Source: a virus
Taxonomy: Duplodnaviria; Caudoviricetes
Direction: 5' to 3' (one strand)
Virus record (IMG/VR): IMGVR_UViG_3300030330_001673
Coordinates: 1-36,471 of that record
Length of the DNA stretch: 36,471 bases
Position 1 is the stretch's first letter, and each line of letters starts with the position of its first letter. Below, piece by piece: positions 8,551 to 16,875 of this stretch. The position numbers and the translations under genes were made by a program. The notes under the pieces were generated by a model that was not told where the DNA came from, did not search any database, and was given only the letters and a program-made list of their open reading frames with translations.

Positions 8551-10433
8551 TATGCTCCTCTTGCACCCGGTCTTGGTTCACCCGGTGCTCGTGTATTATT
8601 TGGCGGTGTAGTGCCACGCATCAAATCCAACCCTATCGCCGATCCCGGCACAGCACCATTATTTAAGTTTAAAACAGAATTATCTGGATTTCCACCCCCT
8701 TGTGGTGGTGGCATAGGTCCTTCTTGTTCCATGCCCTGTTGTTCTGGTGGCATATTAGATTGTTGCAGTGTCAACATACCTTGTAACATTTGTATTTGGA
8801 ATTGTATTTTTGACAACTCGTCTTGCCTTTTCTCTTGGAGTAATATTCTTTTTAGTTGTTCAAGATAAAAAGATGCTTCTACTTCTTGCCCTGTGTCAGT
8901 CAAACCTTCCCAGAAAGCAAATGCTGTAGCTTTAGGTTCAGCAAGTTGTGCTTGTTGTGCAAATATTTCTTTTTTAAATGAGTCAGGGTCCTCAACATCA
9001 AGTATTTTATCGTAAATGTAACTGTCTGGTGCCATTGGAGTAGGGCCTTCTCTAAGCATCTGTGCAGTTGAGAATCTTGCCGGGTCCTCTAATCCTAATG
9101 TGTTTTTGAAATGCACTGACAAGTTACCAGCTTTTGCAATATCTTCTGGCTCAACTTCTTCGTCATAGAACTCTTTGAGCTCTTCCATTTGACCTCTAAA
9201 CTGTATTGTTCCGTATTTACCGCTTTGATACTGCCATCTGGTGAGCTGTCCTATTTGGTAAAAAGCATTACCCAAAGCTTCTAGTCTGTGTAAAATTTGA
9301 TGACTTGCTCCTGATCTTAAAATATTGGCTGCGTGTCCTGACAGCTGAAATTGTAAATCACCAAAGACTACGTTTGGCAATGTACCTTGCTGGAAGTCTG
9401 AGTTTACTAATCCAATAAACTGACCTGCATCAGCAATTAATTTCATTTCTGGTGCCAACTCTATGTTCTCACCTTCCTTCAACTGTATGTTCGTTCCTTC
9501 TTTGTAAGGGTCATCCATCAGTCTTAGCCTTCCGTCTCTTGATCTTAGAATCAATGGGTGTTTAACAGAACGTCTTACAAGTGTCATGAAGTCTGACATT
9601 GATTTATTGTGCACGTCAATTAGGTTTCTTACTTGACCAAGAACACTTTCTCCAACAAACTCCATGCTTGTTGACTTGTCATCTTTGCCTTGAACCATAG
9701 GTGCAGGACCAACAAATCCTAAAAAGCCCGGACACTGTGGATTTCCAAAACCATCTGTGACTTGGTGCTCTACAGGCTCTACAAGAAATTTATCCTGAGC
9801 AACCACACATCTAATTTCTTTGTTGATATATTCTATTACTTCAATATCTTCTTCATCATTTCCGTTTGTTTCCATTGAGAAGTCTATGTCATACATGTTT
9901 TGAATAGCGGAAGCTGACCTATACCTAGAATATGCAATCCAGTTAAGGCCCATATCTCCAGTATCCCATGTTGTGTGCATTGGATCCCAAACATCAATCT
10001 CGCACATTACTTGGTCTTTTTGCTTGTTAAACATTGCCTTGCCGGCAAACCATCCACGAGTTCCAATGTAATATGCTATCTGGTTTTGAATAGTGGGGTG
10101 CATCAACGATATTAGTCTATCGTTAGCCATTTTGATGCAACCCCTAAAAAATTTTTCAAATGCTACGCCAGACCTTCTTGATTCTGCGTTCTTTGCATCG
10201 TAGGTAGTTCTAACCACCATAACAGCTTCTGACAAGTAACTAATAATTTTATCTGTCATGGTTCTTGGCTTGTTAGTTGTGTAGCTCTGGTAGCCTTCAC
10301 CAGCATCGTATTGATCTAGAACGTAGTAACTGTAATCTAGTTCCCATCTATTTCTTAAATCTTCAAAAGCCGTATGCTCTCGCTTAGTTACGACTCTTTT
10401 GACTATATTTTCTGGTGTTATTTTTTCTGCCAT
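8550..10433 (-). CDS. Portal protein (podovirus/P22-like)
   Basis: 627 aa, immediately after the large terminase. It has a typical N-terminal helix (LRNRWELDY), a 'VWDP' strand, a late LSG(H)A motif and a Q/P-rich C-terminal tail. Confidence 0.85.
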   Translation of the reverse strand: MAEKITPENIVKRVVTKREHTAFEDLRNRWELDYSYYVLDQYDAGEGYQSYTTNKPRTMTDKIISYLSEAVMVVRTTYDAKNAESRRSGVAFEKFFRGCIKMANDRLISLMHPTIQNQIAYYIGTRGWFAGKAMFNKQKDQVMCEIDVWDPMHTTWDTGDMGLNWIAYSRYRSASAIQNMYDIDFSMETNGNDEEDIEVIEYINKEIRCVVAQDKFLVEPVEHQVTDGFGNPQCPGFLGFVGPAPMVQGKDDKSTSMEFVGESVLGQVRNLIDVHNKSMSDFMTLVRRSVKHPLILRSRDGRLRLMDDPYKEGTNIQLKEGENIELAPEMKLIADAGQFIGLVNSDFQQGTLPNVVFGDLQFQLSGHAANILRSGASHQILHRLEALGNAFYQIGQLTRWQYQSGKYGTIQFRGQMEELKEFYDEEVEPEDIAKAGNLSVHFKNTLGLEDPARFSTAQMLREGPTPMAPDSYIYDKILDVEDPDSFKKEIFAQQAQLAEPKATAFAFWEGLTDTGQEVEASFYLEQLKRILLQEKRQDELSKIQFQIQMLQGMLTLQQSNMPPEQQGMEQEGPMPPPQGGGNPDNSVLNLNNGAVPGSAIGLDLMRGTTPPNNTRAPGEPRPGARGA

Positions 10434-10434
10434 T

Positions 10435-11829
10435 TTATATCCAGTAGCTAACTTCGGCTTCTCTGTCTAATTCGTTTGGTCCTCTTGCGTAACCAAACTC
10501 AGATATTAATCCGTAAGTAACTGCCTTTACAGCGTGATTATACCTGTCTCTTGGCGTTTGGCCAAGCACATTTCCTTCTTTGTCCATCGCCCAGCTATAC
10601 ACTTGTGCTCTGCCAGTAAATGGATTTGGACCACCACCAAGCTCTGAAATTAGCCCAGTACACTTAGGATTTATTACCATGTTTGAACTTCCTGTAATCG
10701 GGTCAACTTTTAAAAACGTGTTAAATCTTTCTATGCCATCTGTAATCCTAACACGAATTGGTTCTAAGTATAATCCTGTCATTTCAAGCCATACTTCTAC
10801 TTGAGAAGGCATAGCTTGATGCTGAGTACCTGCTACGTCAATCGCTCCACGTTTATCAGCAAAACCCCACCAACTCTTCATCTGTGCCATCTGCACAATC
10901 TCAGGCCCAATCTTTTCTTGCTCATATATTTCATCAAAAATTCTTACCTGTCCATCAATTACTTGTGCAAACATTACGGCGTATGCACTTTCTGATGCTC
11001 TAGAATATCCGGGGTCAATCCAGATATACACTGGGTAATCATCAACATAATCTACATCATCAATGTGTATTTCATTTCTAAACATTTCATGCACCCGGCC
11101 TTTTGGCGGTGCAGGTATTCCTGCAATTCTTTCCTTGTACCAAGCATCACTATGGTCTCTCAACATCTTCTGAATCTCTGGATCATCTTCGCCGTCAGGA
11201 AATAACGCTAGATTACTCCATGTAGGCAGACTAAAACTCTTTGAGTCCTCTGTTTTCTGTATTGCTGGCGACTGCCACGCTGTAAATCGCTCCGGATACC
11301 ATCCTAAACTACTTTCAAACGTACCTTCTAGCAATAACCACCCTCTACTCTCCACTAAACGCTCTTGAAGTCTCCAAAAGCTTTCTAAATCAATCTGTGA
11401 TGCTTCACAGGCTACAATTCCTTTGGGAGATTCCATTGCAAGGGTCTTATAATCACTTGCTGACTTAGTTTTTATCAAAATCGGGGGTTCTAGACCAGAA
11501 ACTGTAATAGTTCCGGGGTTTATAGGCTTAGTTACATCCCCAAGTAGCGATAATTTAGCTAGGTCCTGAGAAATATAGCTAAATTCTGCACGGGTACGCT
11601 CATAATCAGCAGCAACTAACCAGTAAGTGTCTCCCGGATTAGCAGTTCCGTCAGCCAAAGACTCTAAAATTTTGTTGACTAGGTAAATACTTGCTAATCG
11701 GCTCTTACCTGCTCTTACACCGCCTGCAACTAACTTGTACCTACAGGGATCATCAAGTATCTTTAACTGCTCTTCTGATGGAGTAAAGCCCATTCTATCG
11801 AATAATATATTGCGTGCATCACTATTCAT
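10435..11829 (-). CDS. terL: Terminase large subunit
   Basis: Adenine-binding Q motif (PSEEQ), Walker A GGVRAGKS, a Walker-B-like IVACEASQ, coupling motif EGT, and an RNase H-like nuclease starting WIDPG. Confidence 0.93.
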   Translation of the reverse strand: MNSDARNILFDRMGFTPSEEQLKILDDPCRYKLVAGGVRAGKSRLASIYLVNKILESLADGTANPGDTYWLVAADYERTRAEFSYISQDLAKLSLLGDVTKPINPGTITVSGLEPPILIKTKSASDYKTLAMESPKGIVACEASQIDLESFWRLQERLVESRGWLLLEGTFESSLGWYPERFTAWQSPAIQKTEDSKSFSLPTWSNLALFPDGEDDPEIQKMLRDHSDAWYKERIAGIPAPPKGRVHEMFRNEIHIDDVDYVDDYPVYIWIDPGYSRASESAYAVMFAQVIDGQVRIFDEIYEQEKIGPEIVQMAQMKSWWGFADKRGAIDVAGTQHQAMPSQVEVWLEMTGLYLEPIRVRITDGIERFNTFLKVDPITGSSNMVINPKCTGLISELGGGPNPFTGRAQVYSWAMDKEGNVLGQTPRDRYNHAVKAVTYGLISEFGYARGPNELDREAEVSYWI

Positions 11830-11835
11830 GTCTTT

Positions 11836-11865
11836 ATTCTACATGCGAATATGTAAATCTGTGAA
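11836..11865 (-). promoter_or_regulatory. Putative sigma70-type promoter for terL, possibly giving a leaderless mRNA
   Basis: TTCACA-N18-TAGAAT ends 6 nt before the terL ATG; no obvious SD sequence. Confidence 0.4.
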
Positions 11866-12128
11866 GTAGTCCTTTACCACAACATACCACCACCCCATAA
11901 GCTATACCCTATCTCTAAAGTATGCAGATGGCAGATAGCGCTGTCCAGTATACGCTACCGCTCCTACTGACCAGCCCCCAGAAAATCAAAAATTTTTGAG
12001 CGTAACTCTCTAGGACTAGCAATATATACAAGATTTTCTAAATAAATAGATGCAGGCACCAATATAATTCTAGAGTCTATATATCTTAAATTTAGATGGA
12101 TTTATGAGCTTGCGGGAGCTACGATATT

Positions 12129-12602
12129 TTAATGTTGTTTGGCCCTGTTGATTCCTATTTCTTGCGGTGCATTTTCCCCAGTGTCTCCGGAGCTTATGGC
12201 CCTTAATGTTGCGATGAGTTGCTGGGCTCCCTCATTGGAAGAGACATAAGAAGTTTTTGGAAAATCCAGCGGTTTAAATGTTTGGAGCAAGTAAAGCACA
12301 GCATTAGACCGCCTAGCATCTGCCAGCCCGCCATATTGAATATTATTTAATGTTTTTAAGCTCCATCGTGCGTGAGCAACCGAAATGGCTTTAAATACTT
12401 TTATCGCCCTTGTTGCTTGTTTATCGGTAATAACCCCAGCTTCTAGCATATCCCGGCCCGTGCTAAGTAAATCTTGTAGTGACGTGCGGGGAATCCCTAA
12501 AGATTCACCGGATAAATATACGCTTCCGGTTTTTTCAATTAACCGGCACAACTTCCGGAGCTTCCGAAACGTCAATTTATTTAGTAATCGTTCACCAATC
12601 AT
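12129..12602 (-). CDS. terS: Terminase small subunit (HTH)
   Basis: 157 aa upstream of terL; N-terminal HTH-like segment (GSVYLSGESLGIPRTSL) and a 'LYLLQTFKPLDF' segment resembling TerS oligomerisation helices. Confidence 0.65.
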   Translation of the reverse strand: MIGERLLNKLTFRKLRKLCRLIEKTGSVYLSGESLGIPRTSLQDLLSTGRDMLEAGVITDKQATRAIKVFKAISVAHARWSLKTLNNIQYGGLADARRSNAVLYLLQTFKPLDFPKTSYVSSNEGAQQLIATLRAISSGDTGENAPQEIGINRAKQH

Positions 12603-12633
12603 AATATTTAAGAATAATAATAATGAATTATCT

Positions 12634-12661
12634 TTGTTTATAGAATATCAAGTGATATTAT
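12634..12661 (+). promoter_or_regulatory. Putative promoter containing operator palindrome AATATCA-AG-TGATATT (12644-12659)
   Basis: TTGTTT...TGnTATTAT (extended -10) overlaps a perfect inverted repeat that recurs at 16256 and 21629. Confidence 0.6.
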
Positions 12662-12742
12662 GAATAAATCAATAAATAACTAGATATATATATCTAAGGG
12701 CCAATACCAAGGATATATATACCAGATAGGGAGAATATATAT

Positions 12743-13291
12743 ATGGATAATATATATAAAGAAGATGGCCAACTTTTATTAAATGGCCCTTTGAGCCTTG
12801 GCGGTTCTAATGGATTGCTTAAGCTCAAAGAAAACGGCCCGGCCTTCGAAAATGGCCGGATTAAACACGGCTGGATAATGGAGCCTAATTATTACTTAGG
12901 GGAGCCAGATTATCAACAGCCAAAAATTATCACTTATTCAAAGTGCCTTGAGTCGTGGGGCTTTAATAATGATGAATTTGATGCGGGGAACAAGGTAAGA
13001 AGGAACTTTATAAATGTTGATTGGAACGGCTTAACGCTTATTGAAAATTTAAGCGTACCCAATAAACGGGTAAATAAGAACTTACCGGAATTAATAAGCT
13101 GGGCGTTTATGATTGAGCCTTTTGAATCAAGAAACGATCTGGCGGATAATATCGCATTACGTCACAATGTTTTGCGATTAGTTAGTGATAATATCTTGAA
13201 TTTTCAAGAAGTGATCCAAGGGAATATATTCAATTGGACCACTAACAGCATGCAAAATATTACAGCGTGCGGGATTGAATTAAATGGATAA
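12743..13291 (+). CDS. Hypothetical protein (182 aa)
   Basis: ORF with GGGAG RBS upstream; overlaps the start of the next gene. Confidence 0.65.
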   Translation: MDNIYKEDGQLLLNGPLSLGGSNGLLKLKENGPAFENGRIKHGWIMEPNYYLGEPDYQQPKIITYSKCLESWGFNNDEFDAGNKVRRNFINVDWNGLTLIENLSVPNKRVNKNLPELISWAFMIEPFESRNDLADNIALRHNVLRLVSDNILNFQEVIQGNIFNWTTNSMQNITACGIELNG

Positions 13292-14066
13292 AATTACTAC
13301 TAAATTTCCAAAAATGATTAATAACGGGCTGGATGGTGATAACTTCCGGCCCGTTATGCGTAATGGCTCATTATTGCATGTAATTACGCCAGTAACTAAC
13401 ACGCCAAAATTAAGCGCTAAGACTATTGAACGGGAATATATACCCGGACAATTTAGCCCGAAGGTTGGCAGAAATAGGCAGTTTACCAAGGGAGACTTTA
13501 AGGGTGCATATTTTTATATGCTAACTCTAGTTGAACGGGAGACGTGCCCTACTACCTGCAACGCTTGGAACTTTTGCTATGGTGATAATTCACCATTTAT
13601 AAAAAGATACAGGCCAAACACTGGAGCGTTTACACGTGCACTAATTAAAGACGTTGAGACACTAAGCAAGAAGCATGCAAACAACCCCGCAGGCTTTGCG
13701 GTCCGGCTCCATGAGTTGGGAGACTTTGCAAGTGTTGAATATGTTGAATTATGGGCCCGATTATTAGATAAATATCACAATTTAAATATTGTTGGCTATA
13801 CCCACACACAGGGCGATATTAGCCGGGCAATTGATAAGATGCAGGCCCGACACCCTAACCGGTGCCGGATTATGCAAAGTGATATTTCTAGTGAGACGGC
13901 CAGACCCTACAGCATCACGGACACCCCAGAACACCGGGAGCGGTTCCCGCTGGCGTTTTCTGGCGATGCGGTGCGGTGCCCTGAGCAATCAGGCAAGACG
14001 GCAAGCTGTAGCACTTGCGGGCTTTGCTACAACGGCAAGACTAACGTTATTTTTAACGTTCATTAA
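13284..14066 (+). CDS. GP88-family (radical-SAM-like, Cys-rich) phage protein
   Basis: TCPTTCNAWNFCY, RLHELGDF, YTH and C-terminal CP...CSTCGLC motifs typical of phage gene product 88. Confidence 0.8.
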   Translation: MDKITTKFPKMINNGLDGDNFRPVMRNGSLLHVITPVTNTPKLSAKTIEREYIPGQFSPKVGRNRQFTKGDFKGAYFYMLTLVERETCPTTCNAWNFCYGDNSPFIKRYRPNTGAFTRALIKDVETLSKKHANNPAGFAVRLHELGDFASVEYVELWARLLDKYHNLNIVGYTHTQGDISRAIDKMQARHPNRCRIMQSDISSETARPYSITDTPEHRERFPLAFSGDAVRCPEQSGKTASCSTCGLCYNGKTNVIFNVH

Positions 14067-14121
14067 TAAATAAACTTATGGCCCTGAGCATGGCCCTAAA
14101 CTGCTTAAGGGAGTAAAAAAA

Positions 14122-14295
14122 ATGAATAAAGATGAAATAATTGAAGCAATACTGGACGGAATAGACGACCGCTATGGGTACCTTTTTGAAGATGCAAGAA
14201 TGATGCTGGAGCAGGGATTGAGCACATGGCCAATTAATGATTTAAAGGCTAAAGCAATTGATGAGTTCAATATTAAAGTTGATGAAGATCAATAA
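14122..14295 (+). CDS. Small acidic hypothetical protein (57 aa)
   Basis: MNKDEIIEAILDGIDDRYGYLFEDARMMLEQG...; strong AAGGGAG RBS and followed by a terminator. Confidence 0.7.
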   Translation: MNKDEIIEAILDGIDDRYGYLFEDARMMLEQGLSTWPINDLKAKAIDEFNIKVDEDQ

Positions 14296-14302
14296 ACCCA
14301 GT

Positions 14303-14343
14303 AAGAAGGGCCCGGCCGGGAGCGGTCGGGCCCTTCTTTTTTT
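14303..14343 (+). terminator. Rho-independent terminator
   Basis: Stem aagaagggcccggccg / cggtcgggcccttctt followed by a T-run. Confidence 0.9.
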
Positions 14344-14398
14344 GTGTTCCATGGAACGGCCACACAAACCCCAGAGACTCCGGCTGCAAAATGAGCAC

Positions 14399-14440
14399 AA
14401 AAAAAATATGAGACCAAGGGGAGAATCTTGATCTCATATT
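14399..14440 (-). terminator. Rho-independent terminator of the leftward HTH-DUF932 operon
   Basis: Minus-strand stem aatatgagatcaag / cttggtctcatatt followed by a T-run. Confidence 0.7.
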
Positions 14441-14462
14441 GAGAGAGAGATAGAGAGAGAGA

Positions 14463-14684
14463 CTAAGCCTTTTTTAATATTGCTTGTAACTCTTTTACCT
14501 GCTCATCTGTAATAGCTTTAAAAGCTAAATCTAATCTAAGTGGCATTACAATTGCAGTGTTGCACCCATCACAACACCGGCCCTCTAAGGGCCTAGCGTT
14601 GTGAGTTTGTCCGTAAAGACTGCCTTTGCAAATTGAGCATCTTTTATTTACTAATGGCATTAGCTTTGCTCCATTCTTTGCCAC
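14463..14684 (-). CDS. Small Cys-rich (zinc-binding) phage protein
   Basis: CSIC...HNARP...GRCCDGCN...VMPLR, a motif pattern common in small phage proteins. Confidence 0.7.
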   Translation of the reverse strand: MAKNGAKLMPLVNKRCSICKGSLYGQTHNARPLEGRCCDGCNTAIVMPLRLDLAFKAITDEQVKELQAILKKA

Positions 14685-15997
14685 ACGTCACCAGCCGGCA
14701 CAACGTGTGCCTTCTGTGTGTGCTTCTCAAAGTAACTTGCAGGAACTTCTAAAAGCTTTGCTCCCTGCTCTTCAAGTTCTGTTGCTCTGTCATAATCTTG
14801 TACAGACTTTGCAACACTTGTAAGAGCGTTACTTGCTCCCCATTTATTCATGCCGAACTGGTCCGCATCTTTCAAAAGGTTTGCAAGAAAACCATTGCTC
14901 TCGTAATCACTGAGTTTGAATTTTTTAGTTACATCTTCAGCAAGTTTTTCTGGCTGGTTAAATGTAACTTTTTTAGCATCAATTATTTGTTCAGCCAATT
15001 TGTCCATTGTCTCTTGCTTCATTGATGCTTCAACAGCATCACCGATTTGAGACCATAGTAACTCGCCTTCTTTTTTAATTGTGTGCTCGCTGACATATTC
15101 ATCTTTAGACATGCCAACGTGTATCGACCTTGTTATTTGTCTTTTGATTGCTCCATTTGTGCACCACTGGTAAAAATACCCTTCATTCATTTTGAAGGAT
15201 GTTGTGCCAGTTTCGCTGTTGACAATATCAAGCATGTAATTAACTGGATGCCCGTCTATTTCAACAGCAAGATTTGTGTTAACAAATTTCATTCTTGTTG
15301 ATGTTTCGCCAACGTGTGCTGACTCCAGATAAAAGCCTGAAGTGTCTGACAACTCAGACTCTAAAGCTCTTGTCAAAGCATCAACTGCCGGCATGTCATC
15401 AAGCAGTTTGTATTTACTTGATAGCATTGTTCTTATTACTCCGTCACGGCCGTCTTTGCCGTTTAACATTCTAAACAACTGCCGGCTGTGGGCCGGTGCA
15501 TTGCCTTGAGCATCAAACCTTGTAGTGGCTGGAAACTCAAAGAAGTGTGCAATGTTAGTTAGCATCATGTCGTTTAATGAGTCTAATTCGTGCTTGTAAT
15601 GCCACATTACGTGGTCATCCGGAATGTTTTCCTTTCTTGCTTCTGTGTAAGCGTCAATGTAGTTACGCCTTGCAAGGTTAATCTTGTTAACCATTTTTCG
15701 CATATATGTTTGCGAAATATCAGCCCATGCACCAAACTTTTCTAAAAAGAATGGACTAGGAATAAATGTTGTAGTATCCCCAGTAAGGTTGTTGCCAGCT
15801 TCAAAGACTAGCCCTGAGTATGGCAAAGGATCAGCGGTAAATTCCGTGGCCCTGTTTCTTGGCTGAAGATAGCCGTGCATATCCCTTGTAGGAATAATGA
15901 CATCCTTTTTAAGCTCTTCTCTCTCAAGAAGTGCTGTGAATAAGTTCTGCATGCCATCGGATGAGTTCGGCGTGCATACTATGTTACCTTGTTTCAT
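14660..15997 (-). CDS. DUF932 domain-containing protein
   Basis: RTMLSSKYKLLD, NSETGTTS and WCTNGAI motifs and a C-terminal WGASNALT...DRATELEEQG pattern. Confidence 0.8.
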   Translation of the reverse strand: MKQGNIVCTPNSSDGMQNLFTALLEREELKKDVIIPTRDMHGYLQPRNRATEFTADPLPYSGLVFEAGNNLTGDTTTFIPSPFFLEKFGAWADISQTYMRKMVNKINLARRNYIDAYTEARKENIPDDHVMWHYKHELDSLNDMMLTNIAHFFEFPATTRFDAQGNAPAHSRQLFRMLNGKDGRDGVIRTMLSSKYKLLDDMPAVDALTRALESELSDTSGFYLESAHVGETSTRMKFVNTNLAVEIDGHPVNYMLDIVNSETGTTSFKMNEGYFYQWCTNGAIKRQITRSIHVGMSKDEYVSEHTIKKEGELLWSQIGDAVEASMKQETMDKLAEQIIDAKKVTFNQPEKLAEDVTKKFKLSDYESNGFLANLLKDADQFGMNKWGASNALTSVAKSVQDYDRATELEEQGAKLLEVPASYFEKHTQKAHVVPAGDVWQRMEQS

Positions 15998-16211
15998 TTA
16001 GGTAAGCTCCTTTTTGTTTTAAAACACCAACAGAGTCAATGTTTTCTAGTTGTATGATTTTTTCTTGGTACAACGGCAACGGCTGTGTGTTGCCAGATTC
16101 CCATCTTCTAACACTTGCCACACCGCAGTTAATCATTTCTGCCAGCGTATCCTGAGAAATACCAAGAGTTTTTCTCAGGTTTTTTAATCTGTCAGAATAG
16201 TTTGCTTCCAT
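15984..16211 (-). CDS. XRE-family HTH transcriptional regulator
   Basis: LKNLRKTLGISQDTLAEMINCGVASVRRWESGNTQP. Confidence 0.9.
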   Translation of the reverse strand: MEANYSDRLKNLRKTLGISQDTLAEMINCGVASVRRWESGNTQPLPLYQEKIIQLENIDSVGVLKQKGAYLNETR

Positions 16212-16244
16212 CGCAACCCCTTTCTGTATCGTTGTAACTAAATC

Positions 16245-16275
16245 CTATATTATAACTATCAGGTGATATTAGCAA
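16245..16275 (-). promoter_or_regulatory. Putative promoter with operator CTATCA-GG-TGATAT (16256-16269)
   Basis: Minus strand TTGCTA-atatcacctgatag-..TATAAT/TAATAT, upstream of the second HTH gene. Confidence 0.6.
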
Positions 16276-16491
16276 CTATGGGTAGGTAATACCAAGCTTC
16301 ATTCTTAATTTCATAAGCTTTCTTATTCGCTCATGGCTGGCTTTGCTTGGTGCAAATCTGCCAGTCTCCCAGTTCCTGTAAGTAGATAATGTTACCTTGA
16401 AAATCTTTGCGGTCTCTTCTTGAGAGAGAGAGTTGACTCTTCTGTATTCTTTAAGCCAGAGAATTAATATTTTTTGTCTGTCTGAGTTCAT
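16276..16491 (-). CDS. XRE-family HTH transcriptional regulator
   Basis: LKEYRRVNSLSQEETAKIFKVTLSTYRNWETGRFAP. Confidence 0.9.
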   Translation of the reverse strand: MNSDRQKILILWLKEYRRVNSLSQEETAKIFKVTLSTYRNWETGRFAPSKASHERIRKLMKLRMKLGITYP

Positions 16492-16499
16492 AGTCTTAG

Positions 16500-16815
16500 A
16501 GAGACCGGCAGTGGGATGTCATCGTACTTTAAAGAAAGCACCCCTTTAAAAGTTCTACTACAATGTTAAGGTTACACCGCCGGCCAAGTTATTTAGTAAT
16601 GGTGTAGGTGAAAGCGTTTTTTTAGCGCATTGGTTTAGCGAGAGATCACCCCGCAAGGATGCCAACTGCTCTCTAAAAAACATCTTTTTGTTTCTTTCAC
16701 CAGCCACCACAATCAATTAATAATGATTACTGGTGAAAAGACCGGCAATTGCTCAACTTACTCTTTTCTTTAAGTATATTTGGGTACCCTTTTCCGAAGA
16801 TACACCAGCAACCAT
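16500..16815 (-). ncRNA. Candidate structured leader RNA / small RNA cluster
   Basis: Non-coding stretch of ~320 nt with several long imperfect stems whose G-U pairs mostly favour the minus strand (for example ggccggcggtg / cactgccggtc). Confidence 0.45.
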
Positions 16816-16843
16816 TGACATCAATATTAACACCAATTATTAT
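16815..16843 (+). promoter_or_regulatory. Sigma70-type promoter of the replication/recombination operon
   Basis: TTGACA(16815-20)-N17-TATTAT(16838-43), followed by an AAGGAG RBS and ATG at 16876. Confidence 0.8.
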
Positions 16844-16853
16844 GGTAAGTCAA
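16824..16853 (-). promoter_or_regulatory. Overlapping divergent promoter toward the HTH genes
   Basis: Minus strand TTGACT(16853-48)-N18-TAATAT(16829-24). Confidence 0.55.
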
Positions 16854-16875
16854 TACAACTAATAAAGGAGCAAGA

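Noticed and set aside
14077-14114. Hammerhead or pistol ribozyme
   Set aside because: It lacks the CUGAUGA/GAAA core and the pistol P2/P3 elements; kept only as an unnamed pseudoknot.
16500-16815. Leader repeats as a mini-CRISPR array, TIGR array or tRNA
   Set aside because: The repeats are short, degenerate and irregularly spaced, no Nop-domain or Cas protein was recognised, and there is no cloverleaf with a T-loop consensus.
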